44,592 nt of DNA from Gammaproteobacteria bacterium (GCA_036507695.1 DATCIR010000050.1:1-44592), one strand, 5' to 3'. Shown: positions 25,884-34,544, numbered from the stretch's first letter. Made by a program: numbers and translations. Notes: generated from the letters alone by a model not told the origin.

Positions 25884-26018
25884 TACCTACGCTCATACTC
25901 ATATACGATATAACTAACTTTGTTTAAACCAACTACAGATTAAACATAGTATAAGAAATACTTTTTTATCTATACCTGATGGAATAACTCGAGTATTGAC
26001 ACTCATAAACTGACTATC

Positions 26019-27002
26019 ATGATTCAACGCGGTTATCGAGCCTTGGTTTTATGGATTGCCTGGAGCGCAGTGGCAATTGTCTTCTATGCCAGCATCTATC
26101 AGGACACCGATGTCTGGAAGTTTGTCGAACAAGACTCATCAAGAATCACATGGGGAATTATCGCGTTATTTGCGGTGGGAATTGTTACCAGTTTTGCCCT
26201 CACCGTATTACTCACCCTGGAATCCATCAAGGTCGATTACCTCGAGTCCGTCGCAAAACAAACCGGCTGGCTGGGTGTGCAGGAAAGCGATAAACGGTTT
26301 TGCGTCGCTAATTTTTTTAATTCGCTGAAAACTGTAATGACCAACAACGGGGAGTTGAACATAGAAGCATTGGTCGAGGTTGAATTTGCGGTGTACCGCC
26401 GGACCGCACAGGCACTGGAGGTGATCGGCAATTTATTAATCACCCTCGGACTGGTTGGCACTGTCGTGGGCCTGACACTGACCCTGACCGGGCTCACCAG
26501 TTCGCTGGAGGCATTGGGTCATGATCAGGAACAACTGCTGCGTGGTTTGCGTGGCGCCATGGGCGGAATGGGCACCGCGTTCTACACCACGTTACTGGGA
26601 TCGGTTTTAGGCGGCGTTCTGCTTCGGGTCTATGGCCACATCGACGAAAATGGCGTTGATAGCCTCGAAAACGCCTTGACGCGAATTTGCCTGGTTTATT
26701 GTTCCGCCGACTTCAAACCATCCACGGAACGTGATATCCGCGCCTTGAATCAGGAAGTCCAGATATTGACCCAAAAAGTCGAATATTTAAAAAGTGTACT
26801 CAACGAATCCAAATCTGCCGTTGCGGATTTCGCAACGGAGTTAACTGAATTACAGCAGCGGGAAACCCGGTCTCACTCCCTGGAAGATACCATTAAACTG
26901 CGCAAAGATTATTTGGAAACGCTGCGCCAGGAATTTCAGCTCAAACGCATGATTCGCGGCGCATGGTGGAAGGCTTTTATAAAAGGATTTCGCAAAACCT
27001 GA
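26019..27002 (+). CDS. MotA/ExbB/TolQ-family channel protein with coiled-coil C-terminal tail
   Basis: 327 aa. Two N-terminal TM helices and a cytoplasmic loop. Then LITLGLVGTVVGLTLTL...GGMGTAFYTTLLGSVLGGVLLRVYG (MotA_ExbB signature). Then about 100 heptad-rich residues. Confidence 0.7.
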   Translation: MIQRGYRALVLWIAWSAVAIVFYASIYQDTDVWKFVEQDSSRITWGIIALFAVGIVTSFALTVLLTLESIKVDYLESVAKQTGWLGVQESDKRFCVANFFNSLKTVMTNNGELNIEALVEVEFAVYRRTAQALEVIGNLLITLGLVGTVVGLTLTLTGLTSSLEALGHDQEQLLRGLRGAMGGMGTAFYTTLLGSVLGGVLLRVYGHIDENGVDSLENALTRICLVYCSADFKPSTERDIRALNQEVQILTQKVEYLKSVLNESKSAVADFATELTELQQRETRSHSLEDTIKLRKDYLETLRQEFQLKRMIRGAWWKAFIKGFRKT

Positions 27003-27048
27003 GCAGCGCAAGTTAACGTGTGCATAACCTAACTGGCAGCCCCGTGTA

Positions 27049-27840
27049 ATGACTATGACAAGAAAACGCCGTTCGCTACCCCCGAATATTCACGAAAGCT
27101 TTTCCGACATCGCCTTATTGATGCTGGCCACATTCGTGTTTCTGCTGGTTATGATCATGATTACATCCAAGCTGGCTGAAGAAAATCAGCTTCCCCGGTT
27201 AAAGGCCAGCGTCTCCGATTTGGAGAAAAAACTGGAAAACGCCGAGTCCATTAACCGGCGTCTGTTGGGCGATCTGAACAGCATGGTCAATATGACCGTT
27301 GAATCTCAAATGGAACATTCCCTCGAAGCCGTCGGCTTGGGCAAGAACAGCAAAAACCGCAAGGACTTTGACCTGTTTGTGCATGGCTTGGAAAACATTC
27401 CCGGTGAAAGCCTGCACCTGATCGTTGACGGCACGGGTTCCATGCACGGCGCAACCACGTTTTTAATTCCGGTACTGCGCGTGATTGTTATTCGCTCCGG
27501 CAAACGCCTGGATGCAATCACTTGGTTTTCTGATGGCAACGCGGCAACGTACCAAGGCACCATGGGCAGCATGTTCGATAACCTGATGAGTGGCGCGCCG
27601 TTCATCGGATCCCAGGAAACCATCGGCAAGGCATTTCGTCACGCCGCCCGCGAAGCGCCCGTTCCGGGCGCTTATTTGCTGATTGGCGATGAACCCAGTG
27701 ACGACACGATCCATCCTTCCGATATTCCCAGCCCGGTGTTTGCCATCCCTATTGGCAAGGAGAATCCTGATACCGCGTGGGCCTACCGCAAATTGGCGGA
27801 AGAAACCGGCGGCAAAATGCTGCAGCTGGAATTTCAGTAG
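27049..27840 (+). CDS. MotB/ExbD-like single-TM protein with periplasmic coiled coil and vWA-like domain
   Basis: Basic N-terminus and an Asp-bearing TM helix, SFSDIALLMLATFVFLLVMIMI (compare MotB YADFMTAMMAFFLVMW). MIDAS-like VDGTGSM, GSQETIGKAF and LLIGDEPSDD. Confidence 0.55.
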   Translation: MTMTRKRRSLPPNIHESFSDIALLMLATFVFLLVMIMITSKLAEENQLPRLKASVSDLEKKLENAESINRRLLGDLNSMVNMTVESQMEHSLEAVGLGKNSKNRKDFDLFVHGLENIPGESLHLIVDGTGSMHGATTFLIPVLRVIVIRSGKRLDAITWFSDGNAATYQGTMGSMFDNLMSGAPFIGSQETIGKAFRHAAREAPVPGAYLLIGDEPSDDTIHPSDIPSPVFAIPIGKENPDTAWAYRKLAEETGGKMLQLEFQ

Positions 27841-27956
27841 AAATCGCCATCGCTGTTTCAGCCAACAATCACTTGCTGTAGAATTCACCCCTCGGCAGGC
27901 AAGGTAACCGCAGCCGATAGAATCCCTGCATGTTCACAGACATTCAGTTTTTTCAT

Positions 27957-27982
27957 AACCTGACATCGTAACCTGACATCGA
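27957..27982. repeat. 13-bp tandem duplication AACCTGACATCGW x2
   Basis: Copies at 27957-27969 and 27970-27982, just upstream of the 27995 start. Confidence 0.8.
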
Positions 27983-27994
27983 CAGTATCCCGTA

Positions 27995-29485
27995 ATGCGC
28001 TATCCAGTAATATTTGATCGTATCCCCAAGTCCGCCTGGTACCTATTGAGTATGTGCGTCTGGGGCGGCGCCGTTATCGGCTTCCAGTTGATCCGGTTTA
28101 CCGCTTATAACCTGGATGAAGGCGCCGCCATGGCCTTGCTGCTGAATTGGTCCGTTTCCGACCAGGTGGTGAATCCAGTGACCACCTTTGGCGGACCGGA
28201 TTTTCGCGCCTTGCTGTTCATACCCCTGGGACTGTACTGGCCTGGCAGCATGGTTGCGGCGAAAATTCTTAGCTTGATTTTTTGCTTTATCGCCGCGTTG
28301 TTCCTTTTTCGCTGGAGCAGTGAAACCGGCGATAAGGAATCGGCATTGGTCGCCACTGGCTTATTGCTGATAACACCGGTGCTTATTTATCTCGCCGATA
28401 CGATCAACACCGGGTCTTTTCTGCTGGCCGTGTTTGGCGCCGGTATGTATCTCGACAAAAAATACCGCGCTTCGCCGCACAGTGTCAGCGGCCTGTACTT
28501 CACCCAGATGCTGGTGATCGCCGTGTCGGTCACATTACACCCGATGGGATTGGCCTATCCTCTGGCGCTCGCCTGGCAGTGGTACAAGAACCCCAAATCG
28601 GACCAGCAGAAAAAACAGGTGTGGACAGGCATCGGGATTACCGTGTTAATCATTCTAGTCATGCAAACCGGCTGGATCGCGATTGCCTGGGGCCGCAACC
28701 CGCTCACTGCATTGGATAACGCGGTTATGGGCTATAACTTGCGCGAAACCGACACCGCGCATTGGATCGCAGGCGCGGTTGCCGCGGCGCTCCTGGCGTT
28801 ACTTATTTACCGCGACTTCACAACACTCACCCGCAACCTGTTGGGCAGTACGCTTTTGTTCAGTGTTTTTATTGGTTTGAGCGCAGCGGACCAGAACTGG
28901 GCCATGATCGCCATCGCCTTATTACTGTATCGGGGCATACCCGCCCTGATCGCCTTTAACAAATCCATCCGGGTACCGGGCTTTATCGGCCAACGCGGCC
29001 TGGTTTTTTTTGCCATCATGGCGGTATCCCTGTTGTTTATGCAGGCAGACAAAAGTTATGCGCTGCAAAAAATGAGCGGGGCGCTCACCCCGCGCGACCA
29101 GCTGATCCAACGCCTGGCGGAAGAAGCGGCGGATCCCGGCCAACCGTTCCTGGCGGCGAGCCAATGGCCTGCGCAAACCATGATTGTCTGCCGGCGGGAC
29201 GTTTTCAAGCTGCCCCCGGCGCGCGCAAACAGCCAGGAGTTTCTAAAAAGCCTGGGCAGCATAACGCATATCGTGTTCGATCATCGCGATATCAACAATC
29301 ACGCACTGGCGCGCAATATTGCCGACCTCGGCGGTTACACAGCAACGGTCGATATCCAAACCTCTGGCGTGATTGTAAAAATACGCGCATCCGCGGACGA
29401 ACCGGCCGATAATGCCGGTAACGGGATTGATTCAAGCGGGAGAAATCCGCAGGACACTGGCAAGCAGCCTCCCTCTACAAATTAA
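27995..29485 (+). CDS. polytopic membrane protein, GT-C (ArnT/PMT_2)-like glycosyltransferase candidate
   Basis: 496 aa with about 11 TM helices in the first 350 aa. An acidic first-loop motif, YNLDEGAAM, as in GT-C enzymes. Soluble C-terminal domain. Confidence 0.5.
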   Translation: MRYPVIFDRIPKSAWYLLSMCVWGGAVIGFQLIRFTAYNLDEGAAMALLLNWSVSDQVVNPVTTFGGPDFRALLFIPLGLYWPGSMVAAKILSLIFCFIAALFLFRWSSETGDKESALVATGLLLITPVLIYLADTINTGSFLLAVFGAGMYLDKKYRASPHSVSGLYFTQMLVIAVSVTLHPMGLAYPLALAWQWYKNPKSDQQKKQVWTGIGITVLIILVMQTGWIAIAWGRNPLTALDNAVMGYNLRETDTAHWIAGAVAAALLALLIYRDFTTLTRNLLGSTLLFSVFIGLSAADQNWAMIAIALLLYRGIPALIAFNKSIRVPGFIGQRGLVFFAIMAVSLLFMQADKSYALQKMSGALTPRDQLIQRLAEEAADPGQPFLAASQWPAQTMIVCRRDVFKLPPARANSQEFLKSLGSITHIVFDHRDINNHALARNIADLGGYTATVDIQTSGVIVKIRASADEPADNAGNGIDSSGRNPQDTGKQPPSTN

Positions 29486-29553
29486 TTAGTTGATTAGTGG
29501 ATAAAACGCGGTTCCGGGCAGCGGCAGCACCAGGGAAAAACCGGTTTTGCCCC

Positions 29554-29804
29554 TTAACCCGCATTTCTCACCAGGCGACCTCCTGTTACTTAAAAACAGG
29601 CTGGATAAACAAACGGCTATGCCATTTGAACGTTTTACACAGTGTGTCACTCTCCGGTTTATCGCGGTTCTGACTTGTCTTCGCGTCCGCAAGCTTGCTC
29701 TTCACTCAAGTGGTAGCTACGGCTACCACTTTCGCTCCAGAGCGGCGCCTGCGAACACGAATCCTGCGCCAGCTCCCGCGATCCTGGTGAGAAATGCGGG
29801 TTAA
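29554..29804. mobile_element. MITE-like element with 22-bp perfect terminal inverted repeats
   Basis: TTAACCCGCATTTCTCACCAGG at 29554-29575 and its exact reverse complement at 29783-29804. Internal hairpins include GTGGTAGCTACGGCTACCAC. No credible ORF inside. Confidence 0.45.
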
Positions 29805-29854
29805 CGGTATTATTCCACTTGCAAGCCCGCGCCTATTCAGTTCAAATATGCTCC

Positions 29855-30238
29855 ATGGAAACCAGTGACCAATATAATATCGCGGTAGACGTTGAAACCT
29901 CCTATCTGGAGGAACAATCCGCGCCTGAGATGAATCGATTTGTATTTGCCTACACGATCACCATTCGCAATGAAGGCAGTTTGCCCGCCAAGCTATTAAC
30001 CCGGCATTGGATTATCAATGACGCGAACGGCAATACCCAGGAAGTGCACGGCGAAGGCGTTGTCGGCGAACAACCTTACCTCAAGCCCGGCGAATCATTT
30101 CAATACACCAGCGGCACCGTCATTGAGACCCCGGTTGGCAGCATGGAAGGCAGTTATCAAATGCTGTCAGAAGACGGCACCCCGTTTGACGCCGACATCC
30201 CCGCGTTTACGCTATCCTTGCCTCACAAGCTGCATTAA
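29855..30238 (+). CDS. apaG: ApaG (DUF525) protein
   Basis: Start set at METSDQY. FVFAYTITIRNEG, HWIINDANG, VHGEGVVGEQPYLKPGESFQYTSG and MEGSYQM are ApaG blocks. Confidence 0.9.
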   Translation: METSDQYNIAVDVETSYLEEQSAPEMNRFVFAYTITIRNEGSLPAKLLTRHWIINDANGNTQEVHGEGVVGEQPYLKPGESFQYTSGTVIETPVGSMEGSYQMLSEDGTPFDADIPAFTLSLPHKLH

Positions 30239-30275
30239 GGTTGGTTGTTACGAATAATTGTTTGTAACAATTGTT

Positions 30276-30512
30276 ATTTCTGTGGGTCTTCCGAAGAATC
30301 AGTGGGTAGCTTAACACCGGTATTCAACGCAAAGACGCCATGACGCAAAGGAAACCGGATTATTTTTAAAGAACTGTAGTGTACTGTTTTTTGAACTCCG
30401 GATAGGGCGGCCCACCGCGGTTGGCAACGGATAAGGTTGCACTAAGTAATAGTTTGAATTCTTTGCGACTTCGCGCCTTTGCGTTAACGTTTTTTCAGGG
30501 TTGGATTGCCCA
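30276..30512. repeat. long imperfect palindromic (MITE-like) element
   Basis: Left arm TCTGTGGG...TTAAC...CGCAAAG-CGC-GCAAAGG is mirrored by right arm CTTTGCG-CGC-CTTTGCGTTAAC...CCCACAGA. Confidence 0.35.
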
Positions 30513-30535
30513 CAGATTTTTCTGACGAGGCTTAT

Positions 30536-30586
30536 CGGTTACGACATTCGGTTACGGCATTCGGTTACTACACTCTCTGTTACGAA
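30536..30586. repeat. 13-bp tandem repeat CGGTTACGRCATT (3 copies plus partial)
   Basis: Copies at 30536, 30549 and 30562. Confidence 0.8.
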
Positions 30587-30625
30587 GTTGATGCTGCCGC
30601 GTGAGCTAGGCGGTCTGACATTGCC

Positions 30626-31234
30626 ATGGGACTTAAACACAGTTACACATTAATTGCGCCGTTTTACGACCTGGTCGTGGAAAAAGCCACGCATGCCATC
30701 CGGAAAGCCAGCCTGCAACAGTTAACGCAGCTGTCCCGCCCGGGTGACAGCATCCTGATCACCGGTATCGGCACGGGACTGGATATACCCCACTTACCGT
30801 CAGACCGGCAGTATACGGGTATCGATCTGACACCCGGCATGCTAAAGAAAGCGCAGCTCCGCAAAGCCGATGTCAACATTAACCTGCAATTAGCGGATGC
30901 CATGAATCTCCCGTTCAGGGACGCATCTTTTGATTTGGTCGTGATGCACCTTATTCTGGCGGTGGTGCCCAATCCGCAACGTGCCTTGCAGGAAGCGCAG
31001 CGCGTCACCAAAACCCACGGCCATGTGCTTATTCTGGATAAGTTTCTGAAGCCCGGCCAATTGGCGTTACTGCGCCGGCTGGCCAATCCCATTATCCGGC
31101 ACATCGCCACCCAGACCACGGTGGTGTTTGAACACCTCTTGGAAGAATGTCCGTCACTGGCTCAAATCGAGGATGTACCGGTGTTGGCGGGAGGATGGTT
31201 CAGAAGAATTGTACTGCAAAAAACCCAACACTAA
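30626..31234 (+). CDS. class I SAM-dependent methyltransferase
   Basis: ILITGIGTGLDI (motif I) and a DLVVMHLILAVVP...ALQEAQRVTKTHGHVLILD arrangement typical of the Methyltransf_11/UbiE-like fold. Confidence 0.8.
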   Translation: MGLKHSYTLIAPFYDLVVEKATHAIRKASLQQLTQLSRPGDSILITGIGTGLDIPHLPSDRQYTGIDLTPGMLKKAQLRKADVNINLQLADAMNLPFRDASFDLVVMHLILAVVPNPQRALQEAQRVTKTHGHVLILDKFLKPGQLALLRRLANPIIRHIATQTTVVFEHLLEECPSLAQIEDVPVLAGGWFRRIVLQKTQH

Positions 31235-31428
31235 CGTTCAATATTTTCCAGCTGCTGACGCTTTTTTTCCTCCGCCTGCTGAATCACAGCATTGACATCC
31301 TGCGCCCGCTCCAGGGCCCGCTGCTGACCGGAAAGAAAATGCTCTTGGTTTTTCTCGTCATCGGCTTTGGAACACGCCAACAGCGTCACGCCTATTATTA
31401 TCAGTAAAAATAGTTTCAGTGGTTTCAT
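31231..31428 (-). CDS. small lipoprotein
   Basis: 65 aa. Signal peptide with lipobox LLACS, followed by a charged helical region. Confidence 0.5.
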   Translation of the reverse strand: MKPLKLFLLIIIGVTLLACSKADDEKNQEHFLSGQQRALERAQDVNAVIQQAEEKKRQQLENIER

Positions 31429-31518
31429 AAGTTTGGCCTCGCGCCGGAAGTCTAATTACAGCTGACTGGTATTTTATCGACTCTAACAGCGGAAACTGCA
31501 ATGATTTTTGTGACGTAC

Positions 31519-32250
31519 TTAAAATTTATAACTCGCGCCCAGGCTTGCCATGGAAATACTGAATGCGTCCGCATCGATAAGCTGCATAATCTCCAGATTG
31601 ATATAGATATCCAGAGGCGCTTTATATGCCGCGCCCAGCCCGTAAGAAAGGCTCGATTGCGTGTCGTCCTGGAGAAAAATTGTATCTCCGTCCAATTGCG
31701 CAACGGCAATTCCCAGCAATCCATATACCGATACATAGTCCGAAAATTCATGGGTTGCCCGCGCATAGATACCCGCATAATAATTGATGCTCAGTGATAC
31801 ATTCTGGCCGTTCACGGTATTGGAATCATCGGTCACATCAAAACCAAAGTGACTTTCCACCGCCACCACGGGAATACGGTCGGGGAACAGAATCACCCCC
31901 ACCTTCGCCCGCATATTGATCGGATTGTAGGTGACTCCTAATGCATCCATACTGGAAAAGTTCAGGTCCGCGCCCGCGTACGCCACCTTTTCTCTGGCTA
32001 CTTCGGCTTGTGCTTGCTCTTGTTCCTGAGGCCCTTGCTCCCGCGACCTTTGTTCCTGAGAACTTGGCTCCTGAGTCCTTTGATCCTGAGGGATTGGTTC
32101 CTGAGGGATTGGTTCCTGAGGAGATGGTTCCTGAGCAAGAGCGTGATTGGCAAAAGCCAACAGCGCATGCAAAGCCAGCACTGCCCAAACCATCCTGGAT
32201 TGACATCGCAAACTGTACACCACGCACCCCTTATCACGAATTATTGACAA
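31519..32250 (-). CDS. outer-membrane beta-barrel protein with Pro/Gln/Glu-rich repeat linker
   Basis: Signal-like ALHALLAFANHALA. QEPSPQEPIPQEPIPQDQRTQEP repeats. Alternating beta-strand pattern ending in the YKF terminal aromatic. An alternative start is at 32193 (MVWAV). Confidence 0.7.
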   Translation of the reverse strand: MSIIRDKGCVVYSLRCQSRMVWAVLALHALLAFANHALAQEPSPQEPIPQEPIPQDQRTQEPSSQEQRSREQGPQEQEQAQAEVAREKVAYAGADLNFSSMDALGVTYNPINMRAKVGVILFPDRIPVVAVESHFGFDVTDDSNTVNGQNVSLSINYYAGIYARATHEFSDYVSVYGLLGIAVAQLDGDTIFLQDDTQSSLSYGLGAAYKAPLDIYINLEIMQLIDADAFSISMASLGASYKF

Positions 32251-32486
32251 CGAATTGTTTAAGCAAAATCAGTTTAAAGATATTATCTGTTGCCACGGCA
32301 AGTTATGTCTACCGATACTTTATGCTACGCAACAACAAATTGCCAAACTCCATAATAGTTATCAAATCTCGCTGCAAGACACGCTGGCGTTACGAATATC
32401 CCATCCGGCGATATTCGTTAGGATATTGCAGTTGTTGATGCGGAAAAATAGTCTTTGTGGTTTTTTGATGTGTTGCGCGGGTTTTG

Positions 32487-33641
32487 TCACCCGTTTTTAG
32501 CGTCGGTAACCACCAACTTGCGCCCCGAAATTGACAACCGCTTCTTGCCCTCAAGACACTGCAATAACTCGTTACCCACAAATTCCAGCCGCCATCCGGA
32601 TAAAACACCGATAGCGCATTCTCCCAGCACCAGACTTTCGAGTTCTTTGCGCGTTACCAGTACCGCCGCGGTCACCTCATTTTCAAACGCCCGCAACTTC
32701 ACCACGCTCATCAGCAGATCCACTATCGACTCTTGTTCAGCGCTCAATGGCTGCGTGCGTTCCACGGCGGGCCACTGTGATTCCGGTATGGACTTCGCCT
32801 GTTCGATAACCGCCAGTATTGCATCGGCATTCTTCTTCATGAAATTATTCCAGCCGCGGATTTTCTCCAGCGCTTCCACGGAAGCGGGACAACGCCGCGC
32901 AATATCCACCAGCACCTCGTCCGGCAACACCCATTTCCGCGGCCGGTTCAATTCCTTCGCGCACTGTTCCCGCCACATGGATAAGCGCTGCAACACGGCT
33001 AATTGGCCACGCTTGAGAATGTTAGCGCCCTTCACACGTTTCCATAATTGTTGCGGTTCGGGGGCGTACAGGCGCGTATTCGTCAGACTGTCAAAATCCG
33101 TTTGCAGCCATTGCTCCCGGCCTTTTTCAGTCAACCGCTGGTGTTGCTGGCGATACAGCGGGATCAGGTAACGCACATCGTTTAACGCGTAATGAATTTG
33201 CGCCGGGTCCAGCGGCCGCTGGCTCCAGTCAGTGCGGGTATGTTCCTTGTCAACGGTTTCTGCCAACATGGTCTTGACCAGGTTGGCGTAGCCGACTTGA
33301 TCCCCGTACCCCAACAAAGTGGCGGCAACCTGGGTGTCGAAAATTGGTTTGGGTAATTCGCCCTTGAGATCAAAAAAGATTTCCAGGTCCTGCCGGGCGG
33401 AATGGAGTATTTTGACCCGGCTGGGTTGATACAGTAATTCCAGCAGCGGGTCCAGGTTCGCAATACGCAGCGGATCGACACACGCCAGCAGCTGGTCCGT
33501 GGCGAGCTGGATCAGGCATAACTGCGCATAATAGGTTTTTTCCCGCAGAAATTCCGTGTCAATGCCAATAACGTCGCTTGACGCCAAGCGTGCGCAGAGA
33601 TTTAACAATTCATCCTGCGAATCGACAAACAATTCTTCCAT
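32487..33641 (-). CDS. rnd: ribonuclease D
   Basis: 384 aa. IGIDTEFLREKTYYAQLCLIQLAT, a DEDD exonuclease block (HSARQDLE, YALNDVRYL) and an HRDC-like C-terminal half. Confidence 0.9.
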   Translation of the reverse strand: MEELFVDSQDELLNLCARLASSDVIGIDTEFLREKTYYAQLCLIQLATDQLLACVDPLRIANLDPLLELLYQPSRVKILHSARQDLEIFFDLKGELPKPIFDTQVAATLLGYGDQVGYANLVKTMLAETVDKEHTRTDWSQRPLDPAQIHYALNDVRYLIPLYRQQHQRLTEKGREQWLQTDFDSLTNTRLYAPEPQQLWKRVKGANILKRGQLAVLQRLSMWREQCAKELNRPRKWVLPDEVLVDIARRCPASVEALEKIRGWNNFMKKNADAILAVIEQAKSIPESQWPAVERTQPLSAEQESIVDLLMSVVKLRAFENEVTAAVLVTRKELESLVLGECAIGVLSGWRLEFVGNELLQCLEGKKRLSISGRKLVVTDAKNG

Positions 33642-34033
33642 CGTTTTAAGGTCCCGGTGAACTTGCTTTTAGTGTGCACACTCATCCCTGCCCTCTATCA
33701 CCCGCAACCGCTTATTTTCGGCGCAACTCCGGTTAGCCGGGAGGATGGAGTATATAATTAGTTGTAATTCATCGAATGAGATTACAAAATATTCGCATTT
33801 AATTAAGAATGTCCTAAAGTCATCGCTTGGACGGCGTGCTTTGTATGCCATAGCGCTCTCATCCATTGCGTCCATTGCGTAAACCGGCGATTGGCACAAC
33901 GGGCAGGTGATATTATAGGTTTAGTTGTTTAGTATCCTGCCATGCGGTCAACGGATGAATTTTAGATTATACCTTCATTAATGCGCTATGTATTCCAAAC
34001 TATAATCATAACGGCGTTTGTGATTAAAAAGCC

Positions 34034-34528
34034 ATGTCGCTCATGTTAAAACTGTTTTTCGATATTTGCCTGTTGCGCGCCAACGCGGAAAACGTGCCGG
34101 CTTCGCGTGTGTTGTTGATCATGAGCGTTTTAGCCTATTTTGTCCTGTCGCTGGGCATTACGTTTATCGAAGGCAACTTGTCAAAAATCGTCGCCGTCAT
34201 CCTGGTTGGCTTTATCCTGGTGATCGCGCTGGCCCAGGTGGGACTGTGGATTCGCAGCAGTATGAACCGCTCGGTGCAAACTATCACGGCGCTGGCCGGA
34301 ACTGGCACCATTTTTTGCATATTGACCTGGCCACTGGTATTAATGGGCGAGCAATGGATTTTTGCGCGCTACTTACTGTTACTGATTTTTATTTGGGATA
34401 TTGTTGTAGTGGGCCATATATTGCGCAACGCGCTGTCCTTGTCGTTCTGGGCCGGTATTGGTATTTCGATTTTTTATATCTTTACCTATTTCAGGATAGT
34501 ACGCGTATTCTTTATCGCTCAGACGTGA
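34034..34528 (+). CDS. hypothetical inner-membrane protein (5 TM)
   Basis: 164 aa, strongly hydrophobic. No family recognised. Confidence 0.55.
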   Translation: MSLMLKLFFDICLLRANAENVPASRVLLIMSVLAYFVLSLGITFIEGNLSKIVAVILVGFILVIALAQVGLWIRSSMNRSVQTITALAGTGTIFCILTWPLVLMGEQWIFARYLLLLIFIWDIVVVGHILRNALSLSFWAGIGISIFYIFTYFRIVRVFFIAQT

Positions 34529-34544
34529 TCGATCTACAACTGAC

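Noticed and set aside
26019-27840. Assignment of the MotA-like / MotB-like pair to the Zorya anti-phage system
   Set aside because: The ZorA-like tail is far shorter than in the Zorya systems I recall. The partner has a vWA-like domain rather than a peptidoglycan-binding domain. No ZorC/D/E/F/G-type nuclease or helicase genes are adjacent. It is kept as an unclassified stator-like module.
29547-29804. 85-aa ORF (and 29486-29692 on the minus strand) between the GT-C-like gene and apaG
   Set aside because: It is contained in the inverted-repeat-bounded element. The composition is Ala/Arg/Pro-rich, with no translation signals.
33669-33899. 76-aa minus-strand ORF upstream of rnd
   Set aside because: It lies in the divergent promoter region between rnd and the 34034 gene. 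It has no Shine-Dalgarno and contains a short tandem duplication (CCATTGCGT x2). There is no recognisable domain.
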